Made by a program: the position numbers and the translations under genes
DNA from: an uncultured Alphaproteobacteria bacterium
GTDB lineage: Bacteria > Pseudomonadota > Alphaproteobacteria > Micropepsales > Micropepsaceae
NCBI GenBank assembly: GCA_963710025.1
Contig: CAVPYO010000021.1
Location: 50,517 to 114,516, forward strand
Direction: 5' to 3'
DNA: 64,000 nt
Shown here: in pieces, positions 29,117 through 38,990 of the stretch
How the letters are laid out: each line of letters opens with the position of its first letter
How positions within the stretch are numbered: position 1 is the stretch's first letter
The notes under the pieces: generated by a model
Database searches by the model: none
What the model saw: only the letters and a program-made list of their open reading frames with translations
Told to the model about the DNA's origin: nothing

Positions 29117-31867
29117 CTAGCGGCCGCGCGGGGGTTGGTTCATCTGTTCGAGAAGCGGGCGCAGCGCGTTCATCTCCGCGCCGAAGCCGCTCCAATCTCC
29201 CGCCTTCAACTTCGCAAAAGCGCGGTCATAGTGGGCGAGCGCCTCGCTCGCGCGATCAGAGAGCGGGCCGGTCGACAAATTCGCGGCGGCGGCGGCGGCC
29301 GGCGCGGCGGAAGCCGGCGGCGCCTTGAAGAGCGCGCCCAGCGCGCCGGCGAGTGTTTCTTCCATCACCACGCGGTCGCCATAGATCGCGATCACGCGCT
29401 TGAGTTCGGGCAGCTGTCCGGACTGCGCGCGCAGATAGAGCGGCGTGACGTACAGAATCGAATTGCCGATCGGAACGACAAGAAGATTTCCGCGGATGAC
29501 GCGCGAGCCACTTTGATTCCACAGCGAGATCTGCTGGGAGACCTCGGTATTCTGATTGATCAGCGCCTCGATCTGAAACGGCCCGTAGACCAGCTTGTCC
29601 TTCGGAAACTCATAGACGATCAGTTTGCCGTAGTCGGGCTGATCGCAGCGCGCGGCGAGCCACGCGATCATGTTCTCGCGCTGGCTTGGCACCATGGGGA
29701 GCATGAGTACGAATTCGGTGCGCGTCTCCCCGGGCAAGCGCATGTTGATGTAATACGGCGCCATCTTGCTGTCGGACGTGTCGTCGATGCCGTTCGGCTG
29801 ACGCGGGAACTGCCAGAGGTCTTCGCGGTTGTAGAACACTTCCGGCGCGCCCATGTGATAGGCGCGATAAAGCTGCGCCTGAATGAGGAAAAGGTCCTCC
29901 GGATAGCGGGTATGCTTGCGCAGATCGGCGGGCATCGCCGCAAACGGTTTGAACAGCGCGGGAAAGATACGCCGGTAGGTCGCGACAATCGGGTCGGCGG
30001 GATCTGTCACATAGAAATCCACGCTGCCGTTATACGCATCGATGACAATCTTGACGGAATTTCTGATGTAGTTGGTTGTGTCGTCCTCGAGCGGCTGGGC
30101 ATACGGAAACCAGCTGCTGGTGGTGTAGGCATCCTGAATCCAGTAGAGCCGCCCGCCGCTGACGACGATGTACGGATCCTTGTCGAGGCGCAGGAAGGAC
30201 GCGATCTGGTGCACGCGCTCCTGGATGTTGCGGCGGAACATGACCCGGCTCTCGGCCGTAATGTATTCGCTGAGCAGGATGTTCACGTCGCCGAAATACC
30301 AGGCGAAAAGCGCGCGCCGCGCGATGCCGCCGATGGGAACGCCGTCCGCGCCATCATAGGCGCGATAGACATTGTTGCTGCCCCTCGGATAATCGAACTC
30401 CGGCGTGCTGCCTTTGACGATCACATAAGGCGCGTCGCCTTCGCCGAAATAGATTCGCGGCTCGCTGACCGCCGGTCCGCCGGAGGCGACGGGCGGGATG
30501 TCCTGCAGATAGAAGATCGGCAACCCTTCGGGCGACGTGCGCGTGACGGGCGACATCACCAACCCGTTGCCATGTGTGAAGATCACGTGGAGGTTGACCC
30601 AGGTCTGCGCGTTGTCGGGAAGCAGCGAAGGTTCCAGCTCGCGCGCCGACAGCATCACCTGCTGATCGGCGCCGCCGAGATCATAACGATCGATGTCAGC
30701 ATCGTGGAATTTATAATAGGTGCGGATTTCCTGGAGCTGCGCGTAGGTGTCGAGCAGCGGCTGCCAGTCCCACAGCCTGATGTTGTCGATCGTCGCGCGA
30801 TTATCCTGAAGCGACTGGTAGGTGAGCGACTGGTCCGCGGTGAATGGTTTGACGACGATGTTCCGCAGTTTATAGGCCTCGCGCGTCAGCGCGATGTTTC
30901 GAGCGATGTATGTCGATTCCAGCTGCAGCTCGTTGGGCTTCACATAGACGCGCTGGAACAGCGCCGCGGCGGCGGGCGAGAGCAGGTACGACGTGCCGAA
31001 AACCAACGCCGCCGATGCCAGCGGAATCCTCACCGAGCGTAGCCGCACATTCGCGAACGAAGCGATGGCGGCGACGCAGCACAGCGCGACGAGCGCCATC
31101 AAGATCGGCAACGCGACATGGATGTCGGTGTAGCTTGCTCCCACGACGACGCCGTTGTCACCGTAGAGAAGCAGATAGCGGTCGAGATAGAAGGACCATG
31201 CCTCGACCGCGAAGAAGAGGCCGAGCAGGACGGACCCGTGCGCGGCGGCCGCGGCCGAAACGAAGCGGCGGCGCGCATCGAATGCGATCTCGCCGCACGC
31301 CCAATAAACGATTGCGGCGAAGAGCGCGCCCAGCAAGAGCGCGAGCAGCATCCAGTCCTTGAGCGCGACGAAGGCGGGAAGCGAGAACAGATAGAAGCTG
31401 AAATCGTTGCCGAACAACGGATCGCTGCGTCCGTACGGCGCCTGGTCGATATAGTTGAGCGCCAGATTCCAGTTGGCGGTCCAGCTAAGCGCGACAAGCA
31501 TTGCGACGACCACGGAAATTCCCGCGACGAGCCGACGCCAGGGCAAGCGCCGCACGAGGCGCTCGATCACCGCGGGCAATTGTCCGCTGCCGAGCGATTC
31601 CCACGGAGTGTCGACCGCATGCAGATGGGCGTGCGAACCCGCGAAGCGGGACGCAAGCGCTCCGTTCACCCAAACAACAGCCGCGGTTGCCGCGAAGACG
31701 ACGGCAAAGAGTACGGCCTTCGCGCCGACGATTTTCCAGAAGACTCCGAGAAAGCCGACGGAGGAAAACCAGGTCCAGTCGACCAGGAAGCCGCTCGCGA
31801 GTCCTAGTATGATCCAGCACGCGACAATAATCGCAATCGCCGGCACAATTATTCTGGATCGCATCAT
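29117..31867 (-). CDS. UPF0182 (COG1615) family membrane protein
   Basis: Multi-TM N-terminus (DWTWFSSVGF, DPLFGNDFSFYLF) and family motifs NIRLWD, QLQEIRTYY, YTHGNG-like FTHGNG, PRIYFGE, YIRNSVK and RGNLLVVP. Confidence 0.9.
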   Translation of the reverse strand: MMRSRIIVPAIAIIVACWIILGLASGFLVDWTWFSSVGFLGVFWKIVGAKAVLFAVVFAATAAVVWVNGALASRFAGSHAHLHAVDTPWESLGSGQLPAVIERLVRRLPWRRLVAGISVVVAMLVALSWTANWNLALNYIDQAPYGRSDPLFGNDFSFYLFSLPAFVALKDWMLLALLLGALFAAIVYWACGEIAFDARRRFVSAAAAAHGSVLLGLFFAVEAWSFYLDRYLLLYGDNGVVVGASYTDIHVALPILMALVALCCVAAIASFANVRLRSVRIPLASAALVFGTSYLLSPAAAALFQRVYVKPNELQLESTYIARNIALTREAYKLRNIVVKPFTADQSLTYQSLQDNRATIDNIRLWDWQPLLDTYAQLQEIRTYYKFHDADIDRYDLGGADQQVMLSARELEPSLLPDNAQTWVNLHVIFTHGNGLVMSPVTRTSPEGLPIFYLQDIPPVASGGPAVSEPRIYFGEGDAPYVIVKGSTPEFDYPRGSNNVYRAYDGADGVPIGGIARRALFAWYFGDVNILLSEYITAESRVMFRRNIQERVHQIASFLRLDKDPYIVVSGGRLYWIQDAYTTSSWFPYAQPLEDDTTNYIRNSVKIVIDAYNGSVDFYVTDPADPIVATYRRIFPALFKPFAAMPADLRKHTRYPEDLFLIQAQLYRAYHMGAPEVFYNREDLWQFPRQPNGIDDTSDSKMAPYYINMRLPGETRTEFVLMLPMVPSQRENMIAWLAARCDQPDYGKLIVYEFPKDKLVYGPFQIEALINQNTEVSQQISLWNQSGSRVIRGNLLVVPIGNSILYVTPLYLRAQSGQLPELKRVIAIYGDRVVMEETLAGALGALFKAPPASAAPAAAAAANLSTGPLSDRASEALAHYDRAFAKLKAGDWSGFGAEMNALRPLLEQMNQPPRGR

Positions 31868-32170
31868 GCATTTATCCTTCGGATCAACGCGGTTTTCGGG
31901 AAGCGGGGGGCCCAATCCTCCCAAAAGGATAATCTTGGACCCGAACGCGGTCGCTTTATCACACTTGCTATCGTGACGAAAAGTAAAACGCCGAAAAATC
32001 GGCTTATATCTTCTTCGGACGGGGTGGCCCGGGTACTCTTACCTTTTTTGGGAAAAGGAAGCGGTGTATGTCGATTTTGCGTGCTCCTAAGCTTTTAGAA
32101 GAAGTCCAAATGTCGCTTTTGCATGATGACTGGTGAAGATGCCCCTTTGATTCATTGATCCGTGCGCGCG

Positions 32171-34003
32171 TTACGGCAAGAGATAAAAGTCAGGAGAAAC
32201 AAAACGGCCGAGATTGTCCGTAACAAAATCTTTGCTACCAAGGCTTTTGCACGCATTCGTGTGATTATAAATATCGAGCTTCAGGAGCTCCGATCCAATT
32301 CGGTCGTCGGGATTCTTGGTCCGATGTAACGAAACCAACACTTTCCCCGCATAGACTACCGGAAAGCGAAACGTCATCAGAACCCGCGAACCGTTAAGCC
32401 GAAAGGCGCACGCATTTCTTAGCGGGAAGCGACGCGGTATTTCAGAGTTAAGCTGTATTTCCAGAAGACAGTGATTCTCCTCATCGACTTTGCTCGTTCC
32501 AAGCGTAATTTCAATCGTCGTATGCGCCGGCCCCTCCGCCGAAACGCCGTCCTGCGGCGGCAAAAGCATGCGACGGATGTTGCGGAAGCTTTCGACCGCA
32601 TCCGTCACCGACAAGCGCAACAGCTCAAGATACCGGCGCCGAGCATCATCGCAAAGACATGTCTTCGATTGTATACCGTCTTGTTCCAGCCGGTTCAGAA
32701 CGTCCGAAAAATCCGAGATTTCCGTTTTGGTTCTCTCGCACAATTTCGCCATTTCTTCGAGGTTGACAGCGATGCGGGAATTTTCCTCGCGCGATCTTAT
32801 CCACGCCGTGTCGCCGCCATGGCCATCCCGGCGGCACGAAACGATAAGATTTTCGAAGTCGCCGCGATATTCATCAAGCGCGCGCCGTGCGTCCGCAAAC
32901 CAGAGTTCCGGGTCCAATTCAAGGGCGTCTATAGTCGGCCTTGGCAAAAGCGCCGTCAGGCGCTGACCGTCACTTCTCTTGATGGCGAAACCAAGCTCCT
33001 CGAGTCGTAACATCTCGTCGTCAATCCGGCTGAGAGGCGACGCTATTCCGTTCTCATGTGTTGTCGCTTTCGCCAGCGTCGCGGCGGTCCGTTCCTGTAA
33101 ATGCCAATCCTTCAAAGCATACTTCAGACGTTCGGACGCCTGTGTCATTTCCAGCGCAAAGCCGTCCATGGAATCCAAGAGCTGGGCGCGCCGGGCGACA
33201 CGATGTTTGCATTCCAGAGCGGAGATGGCCCAATGCAGCGCAATATCCGTCGGGTATTGATCTTGCCTCGCCAAATCTTGAACGGCCGACATGATTCTAC
33301 TCGGCGCCTTGTCCAGCCGATCGTCTCGCAGCGACGCGAACGCTTCGGTTTTGCCGAGATTGAACACCAAGTGGCGCGCCGCCGCGTCATGCCCGAGCCT
33401 GGAAGGGTGAAGATCGACTTCGTTGACTGTCAGATCCGTCACCGCCAGATTGCGTTCGGTAAAATGTGAAAAAAAATCGACGAACGGGATGCCGCGCGAC
33501 GAGCAGAGCTCGTTGATGATTTCGCCTATTTGCACGTGTTCCTTGGCCGCCCAGAAGTTGTAGTAGCAGACGGCAACGGGGATTTTTCGGGCACCGGAGA
33601 ACGCTGAGATCTCGTCGAAACATGCCGCAATTGGTTCGTGAAAAAGGTGTTCCCGTTCCCAAAGTGGCGTGTTCGGACTTTCATACTCGACACGGAAGGT
33701 GCGTCCGAAAAGCTGCGCATCGTTGTTGCAGAGCGTCAGCACGATTGCGTCGTAGACCTGCGGCGCGCGCTTGAACTCAAGCCAAGCGTTCCAGATATTG
33801 TAGCCGTTAACGCCCAGATTCACCGCTTCAACGGGCCATCCGCCCAACGCTTCGTTCAAATAACGTTCGGCGCACGCCGGAAGGGTTTCATCCGGACCTA
33901 CGCCTTGACCGAAAACGAATGAGTCGCCGACAAAAGCAAATCTGCGAAGATGCTCGTTTCGCTCGCGCGGTCCCCAATAGCCTCGTCCTACCAGCGTACG
34001 CAT
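32171..34003 (-). CDS. SGNH/GDSL hydrolase-domain protein with long helical and C-terminal unknown domains
   Basis: SGNH blocks GDSFVFGQG, NLGVNGYN, LCNND and DLHP. The start is uncertain: ATG 34003, or a frameshifted upstream start at 34193. Confidence 0.75.
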   Translation of the reverse strand: MRTLVGRGYWGPRERNEHLRRFAFVGDSFVFGQGVGPDETLPACAERYLNEALGGWPVEAVNLGVNGYNIWNAWLEFKRAPQVYDAIVLTLCNNDAQLFGRTFRVEYESPNTPLWEREHLFHEPIAACFDEISAFSGARKIPVAVCYYNFWAAKEHVQIGEIINELCSSRGIPFVDFFSHFTERNLAVTDLTVNEVDLHPSRLGHDAAARHLVFNLGKTEAFASLRDDRLDKAPSRIMSAVQDLARQDQYPTDIALHWAISALECKHRVARRAQLLDSMDGFALEMTQASERLKYALKDWHLQERTAATLAKATTHENGIASPLSRIDDEMLRLEELGFAIKRSDGQRLTALLPRPTIDALELDPELWFADARRALDEYRGDFENLIVSCRRDGHGGDTAWIRSREENSRIAVNLEEMAKLCERTKTEISDFSDVLNRLEQDGIQSKTCLCDDARRRYLELLRLSVTDAVESFRNIRRMLLPPQDGVSAEGPAHTTIEITLGTSKVDEENHCLLEIQLNSEIPRRFPLRNACAFRLNGSRVLMTFRFPVVYAGKVLVSLHRTKNPDDRIGSELLKLDIYNHTNACKSLGSKDFVTDNLGRFVSPDFYLLP

Positions 34004-34013
34004 CGTTCGACAC

Positions 34014-34193
34014 TCAGTGTGGGTAGTAGAAATCCGGCGGCGCTTTCTCTGGTGCGGTCCGGGGCGCGAATATCTCCGCATGTGCGACACTCGCGCCGAT
34101 GGCCGCCGCAAGCCAGCGGGGAGCGGCGGGCGTCCGTTCGAGCAAATCCACACATTCTTCCAATTGCGTGCGCCAACTCTCGCTGCCGTTCAT
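34014..34193 (-). CDS. 59-aa ORF coupled to carbamoyltransferase stop (small protein or frameshifted N-terminus of the SGNH gene)
   Basis: ATG lies 1 nt after the carbamoyltransferase TGA. My translation: MNGSESWRTQLEECVDLLERTPAAPRWLAAAIGASVAHAEIFAPRTAPEKAPPDFYYPH. It is below the ORF-track length cut-off. Confidence 0.4.
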   Translation of the reverse strand: MNGSESWRTQLEECVDLLERTPAAPRWLAAAIGASVAHAEIFAPRTAPEKAPPDFYYPH

Positions 34194-34194
34194 G

Positions 34195-35880
34195 TCAGGC
34201 CTTCGATACCAAGAAATTGCCGATAACCAGAAAATCTATATCCGTTCCCAGGAAGCACATCACGGCATCCGCCGGCGAGCATACAATGGGTTCGCCCCGT
34301 ATATTGAAGGATGTATTGATGACCATGGGGACGCCGGAGACCTCGCCGAAACACTCAAGAAGGCGGTAAAAAAGCGGGTTTTGCTCCCTCGATACCGTTT
34401 GAACCCTGGCTGTACCGTCGATATGTGTGACTGACGGGATTTGAGCGGCCCGTTCCGGACGCACACGCGGCGCCAGCAGCATGAAGGGGCTGGGACCGTC
34501 CAGTTCGAAATAGGTCGCGGCGGCCTCTGCGACAACCGCCGGGGCGAACGGGCGGAAATCTTCCCGAAGCTTTACACGATTATTGAGTATGTCTTTCATA
34601 TCCGGCGAGCATGGATTGGCTATGATGCTGCGATTGCCCAGCGCACGCGGGCCGAATTCCATACGTCCCTGGAACCATCCGATTATCAGATTTTCATACA
34701 CAAGCCGCGCGGTTCGGCGGCAGAGTTCGTCGTCCGAAAGCCTCACGGATTTCAACCCGAATTTATCGAGGCTAAGCAAAATTTCTTCGTCGGTAAATTG
34801 AGGGCCCAACAGCGTGTGGTAGCCTCGATGCCCTCGCGGCATATTATAGACTTCGTGATACGCCCAAAGCGCGGCGCCTAACGCAGCGCCATTATCGCCG
34901 GCCGCCGGCTGAATAAACACTTGATCGAATCCGCATCGACCGACAACCTGCGAATTCGCAACGCAGTTGTAAGCCAGGCCGCCGGCCAGACAAAGATTTC
35001 GTTGACCCGTAATCTTCCGACAGGATCGAGCCAAACCGACCATGGCGTCTTGAGTGACAGCCTGTAGCGACGCCGCAATGTCGCGGTGACGTTGATCGAT
35101 CGGCTCGTCCCGTCGACGCGGCGGCCCCAACAATTCGGTCATCGCCTCGGCGTACATCGCATGCGAATCGTACATATACGAGAAATAGGCGAGGTTCAGC
35201 GCAAAGCCGCCGTCTTCGAAAAGCGTTATGAACTCTTCGATTTGCGGCTTAAATCTCGGCTGCCCGTAAGCCGCGAGCCCCATGACTTTGTATTCGTCAT
35301 CATTGACTTGAAAGCCGAGAAACGCCGTTAGCGTGCTGTAAAGCAGGCCCAGCGAATCCGGATAGTGAATCTCTCGCAGTTTTTCCAAGCGCTGACCGTG
35401 TCCGACGAATTGCGTGCAGGTGCTCCATTCGCCGACACCGTCCACCGTCAGAACGGCCGCATCGTCGAACGGCGAGGCAAAGAACGCGGAGGCGGCATGC
35501 GACATATGGTGTTCGCAGAAATAGACTTTTCCATCAAAGTCGACGCGCTGACGAAGTTGATGCGAAACACGCAGCCCCTCTTTGACGATTTTGGGAAATT
35601 TTTCGGCGACATCGGCGGCTGACGCCGGCATGAACGCCTTGCCGATCTGAAGCAATCGCTCGAGCTTCTGCGCGGGCTTTTCATAAAAGACAACGCACTC
35701 CAGCTCGGACGGCTCCATGCCGCCTTCGGCGAGACAATACTTGATGGCCTGTTCCGGAAATCTCGAATCGTGTTTCCGTCGCGTGAAGCGTTCTTCTTCT
35801 GCTGCGGCAATCGGCACGCCGTCGCGCACCAAACACGCAGCCGCATCATGATAATTATAAGAGATGCCGAGAATGTTCAT
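34195..35880 (-). CDS. NodU/CmcH-family carbamoyltransferase
   Basis: HDAAA..., EEERFTRRKH, EHHMSHAASAF, DGVGEW, YKVMGLAAYG, AGDNG, GRMEFGPRALGNRS, RPFAP, NTSFNIRGEPIV. Confidence 0.93.
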   Translation of the reverse strand: MNILGISYNYHDAAACLVRDGVPIAAAEEERFTRRKHDSRFPEQAIKYCLAEGGMEPSELECVVFYEKPAQKLERLLQIGKAFMPASAADVAEKFPKIVKEGLRVSHQLRQRVDFDGKVYFCEHHMSHAASAFFASPFDDAAVLTVDGVGEWSTCTQFVGHGQRLEKLREIHYPDSLGLLYSTLTAFLGFQVNDDEYKVMGLAAYGQPRFKPQIEEFITLFEDGGFALNLAYFSYMYDSHAMYAEAMTELLGPPRRRDEPIDQRHRDIAASLQAVTQDAMVGLARSCRKITGQRNLCLAGGLAYNCVANSQVVGRCGFDQVFIQPAAGDNGAALGAALWAYHEVYNMPRGHRGYHTLLGPQFTDEEILLSLDKFGLKSVRLSDDELCRRTARLVYENLIIGWFQGRMEFGPRALGNRSIIANPCSPDMKDILNNRVKLREDFRPFAPAVVAEAAATYFELDGPSPFMLLAPRVRPERAAQIPSVTHIDGTARVQTVSREQNPLFYRLLECFGEVSGVPMVINTSFNIRGEPIVCSPADAVMCFLGTDIDFLVIGNFLVSKA

Positions 35881-36365
35881 GCGGCGTACGATGTCCATCG
35901 CGCCGCCAAGCGCCGGACGGCAAGCGACCTATGGGCTCGATCAATAAAGAGACTCCGGGACGATCTTCTTTTTGTCACTTTCAATCCATCGCGACTTTTT
36001 GCGCAAATCGATGTCATGCTTCACCACAACGGCCAGCACAGCTTGGACGGCCGCCAAAAGTTTTTCGTCCGAAGGTTCGAATTTTTCCGTCATTCGAGTC
36101 CACGATCCTGCAGTCGAGAGAATAGCACGCTATTATGGTGCAAGATAGCATGAGAGAATGTTTCTGGCTTGCGTTCGCCAGTGAAACCGCGGCTAGACGG
36201 ACGATACCGGACACATCGGCAAATGTTTGTTCAACCGCGCTTGCATTGCGAACATCTTCGTCACCGGATAGACCTGTGACCAAAAACCTATGCTTCCGGA
36301 TTTGTAAAAAACCGTTTGGGGACGGCAACACGCTGGAGGCGGAATTCTTCGAGGCGGCCTTCCGA

Positions 36366-36839
36366 TTAGCGCCGCCCCGCGGCGGCCATTTGCGCCCCGA
36401 ATTTCAAAATCATGAGCCGCAGCTGCGGTTCGTCCACCGCGGCCGCTGCCTCCGCGACCGTGCACCAGCGCCGCTCGCGTTGGTTCCTTTCCGCCCAGGT
36501 CCTTCGCTCACGCGTGACCTTCAGCGCGAAAACATCGACCTTGCATGGTACGTTAACGCCGATCTTAAATTGCTTGAGATACTGATAATGGCCTATGGCA
36601 TTCTTCTCTATCACGCCGCTAATGCCGGCCTCTTCCAACGCTTCGATTGCGGCACACATCGATGGTTGATGTCCCTCTACCGGCCAGCCCTTGGGAATAA
36701 TCCAGCGCCGCGTCCGGCGCGACGTGATGAGCAGAATTTCAGGCGCCTCACCGGACACGCGATAGGGCAGCGCGGCATATTGGATGCCGGTGGTTGTCTT
36801 GATCGCGGCCGTGCGCGGAAATTCTGCGGTTGCTTTCAC
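36366..36839 (-). CDS. NUDIX hydrolase (DIPP/Nudt3-like bacterial subgroup)
   Basis: LLITSRRTRRWIIPKGWP and Nudix box AAIEALEEAGI. The GTG start overlaps the pit TGA (GTGA). Confidence 0.85.
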   Translation of the reverse strand: MKATAEFPRTAAIKTTTGIQYAALPYRVSGEAPEILLITSRRTRRWIIPKGWPVEGHQPSMCAAIEALEEAGISGVIEKNAIGHYQYLKQFKIGVNVPCKVDVFALKVTRERRTWAERNQRERRWCTVAEAAAAVDEPQLRLMILKFGAQMAAAGRR

Positions 36840-37828
36840 CCTACCGCCCCAAACAGGTAGTAAAAAACGGCGCCGATGGCGCCGGCAGCCGGCATTGTAA
36901 CAACCCAAGCGATAACAATGTCTTTAGCGACATTCCAGCGGACCGCCGAAGTCCGTTTGGCCGCCCCTACCCCTACAATCGCGCCCGCTATGGTGTGCGT
37001 CGTCGAAACGGGAATGCCAAACCCAGTTGCCAGGAACAACGTGATGGATCCTGCGGTTTCCGCGCAGACGCCTTGAAGCGGCGCGAGCCGCGTGATTCGA
37101 GAACCCATCGTACGCACAATCCGCCAGCCGCCACACAGGGTCCCGAGCGCCATCGCCGTCTGACAGCTCAGGACGACCCAGAGGGGAACGTAGAAACTTC
37201 CCTTGAGGGCGCCATGGGCGAAAAGCAGCGCCGCGATGATGCCCATTGTTTTCTGCGCGTCGTTGCCGCCATGCCCAAGCGAGTAGAGAGATGCCGAGAC
37301 GAACTGTACCTTTCGGAAAATGCCGTCGACGCGTGCCGGCGTCGCGCGCAGAAATGCCCACGAAACCGCAAGCACCAACAGCAGAGCGAGCACAAACCCA
37401 AGCCCCGGCGACAGGAAAATCGCGCCGATAGTTTTGCCGAGGCCGCTCCACTCGATCACGTGCCAGCCCGAATGGGCAACCCCCGCTCCTACCAAGCCGC
37501 CGATCAGCGCGTGCGAGCTGCTGGACGGAATGCCTGCCAGCCAAGTGATGATATTCCAGACGATCGCGCCCATAAGGGCGCCGAAAATCACCTGATCGGT
37601 GATGACGCTGGGCGTCACGATGCCGGTGCCGATGGTCTTCGCCACATGCAAACCAAAAACCAGAAAAGCGATGAAATTGAAGAACGAGGCCCAAGCCACC
37701 GCATAGCGCGGCGCCAGAACCCGTGTGGACACGATGGTGGCAATCGAATTTGCCGCGTCGTGCAGACCGTTCAGGAAGTCGAACAGCAGCGCAACGGCGA
37801 CTAGCGCAATCAGCAGCGTCCCAATCAC
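36836..37828 (-). CDS. pit: PiT-family inorganic phosphate transporter
   Basis: Signature FLNGLHDAANSIAT, GIPSSSSHALIGG, GHGGNDAQK and PVSTTH. Confidence 0.93.
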   Translation of the reverse strand: MIGTLLIALVAVALLFDFLNGLHDAANSIATIVSTRVLAPRYAVAWASFFNFIAFLVFGLHVAKTIGTGIVTPSVITDQVIFGALMGAIVWNIITWLAGIPSSSSHALIGGLVGAGVAHSGWHVIEWSGLGKTIGAIFLSPGLGFVLALLLVLAVSWAFLRATPARVDGIFRKVQFVSASLYSLGHGGNDAQKTMGIIAALLFAHGALKGSFYVPLWVVLSCQTAMALGTLCGGWRIVRTMGSRITRLAPLQGVCAETAGSITLFLATGFGIPVSTTHTIAGAIVGVGAAKRTSAVRWNVAKDIVIAWVVTMPAAGAIGAVFYYLFGAVG

Positions 37829-37849
37829 CGATGACGCTCCCTGTGCCGC

Positions 37850-38491
37850 CTAGGCTTGTTCAATGACGATGCCGCTGATGCAGTTGGCCACGTCTTCGAA
37901 GCGATCCATGACTTTTTCAAGATGGTCGTAAACTTCCGTGCCGACGATGAAGGCCATCGCGTTGCCGCTGCGGTGCTTGATATAAAGCGCCTTGATGCCC
38001 AGATTGTGCAATTCGTCCGCGCCCTCTTCGAGACGGATGATCTCTTCCGTGATGCCGTTCAAACGCGAAGCTTGTTGACGATGGGCGTCGAGAAGGGCCA
38101 CGGCGTCGAGCGTCAGTTTCGCCGCCTGCACAATGATATCGCCCATCTCAGCCATCTGTGGCTCGAAGGACCCCACCTCAAACAGCAAGATCGTCTTCGC
38201 GGTCTTCTGCATCTGGTCGATCGCATCGTCGAGCGAGGTAATGAGCTGCTTGATATCGCTGCGATCGAACGGCGTGATGAAGGAGCGTCGTATCAGGATC
38301 AAAACGTCTCGGGTAATGGCATCGGCCTGGTTTTCAAAATCCATGACCTTGTGACAGGCATCGGGCACCGTCGCGCCGCCATGCAGCAGCACGTTGAGTT
38401 CTTCCGCGCCGTTCACGATGGTGCGTGCATGCCGATTGAAGAGATCGAAGAACCGCTCTTCCTTGGGCATGAGGGCCTGGAACCATAGCAT
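37850..38491 (-). CDS. DUF47 / PhoU-like Pit accessory protein
   Basis: LMPKEERFFDLF, ENQADAIT, SFITPFDRSDI, LDDAID, EEGAD and DRFEDVAN; directly upstream of pit. Confidence 0.88.
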   Translation of the reverse strand: MLWFQALMPKEERFFDLFNRHARTIVNGAEELNVLLHGGATVPDACHKVMDFENQADAITRDVLILIRRSFITPFDRSDIKQLITSLDDAIDQMQKTAKTILLFEVGSFEPQMAEMGDIIVQAAKLTLDAVALLDAHRQQASRLNGITEEIIRLEEGADELHNLGIKALYIKHRSGNAMAFIVGTEVYDHLEKVMDRFEDVANCISGIVIEQA

Positions 38492-38990
38492 AGGCGGTCT
38501 CGTTCCGAATCCTCTCCACAGTCCTGCCAGAGAACCGCCCGCAGGGTCCACTAACAATTGGTCGCGGAGCGGTGACAATCATCTTGAGGCCGACCCAATC
38601 CACAAATTCTAGGACATCGCCTCTGAGATATTCCGGTTCGAAGGGGTGAGCGACGCTCCTTTTACACTGTCTCAGAAGTGCGTCGGAATTGCCGGATTCC
38701 ACCGCACCATTCACGGCTTCGCGGCTGAAAGGAATCGGTAACCACGTCTTGACGCCAGGCTTGGCAAAATCGGCAGGCTGTCCGTAGTCCGCCTCATTGG
38801 CGCGCTTGCCGTCGAGGCCCTTGCCCTTGGGCCGGCGGGGCATGTTCGTTCTCCGAAAAAACAACCGCCGGATTGCTGCGATACACAGGCGGAAACGCCC
38901 ATAAAAGTTCGACTTAAACTATTTTGAAACAAATTGCCTCATAGTTGAGGCGCATTACCGCGTTCCCGCTCCGGTTGAAGAACGCGTGTC

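Noticed and set aside
28928-31042. Long antisense and alternative-frame ORFs (e.g. 28928-31042, 22783-24213, 24585-25946, 58654-60330, 60584-61879)
   Set aside because: They are shadows of well-supported genes in GC-rich DNA, are Arg/Ala-rich and carry no family motifs.
38334-38864. 176-aa ORF upstream of DUF47
   Set aside because: It overlaps DUF47 out of frame and has no recognisable motif; probably non-coding promoter DNA.
38500-38980. Pho box upstream of the DUF47-pit operon
   Set aside because: Only an isolated CTGTC was seen, with no 11-bp tandem repeat.
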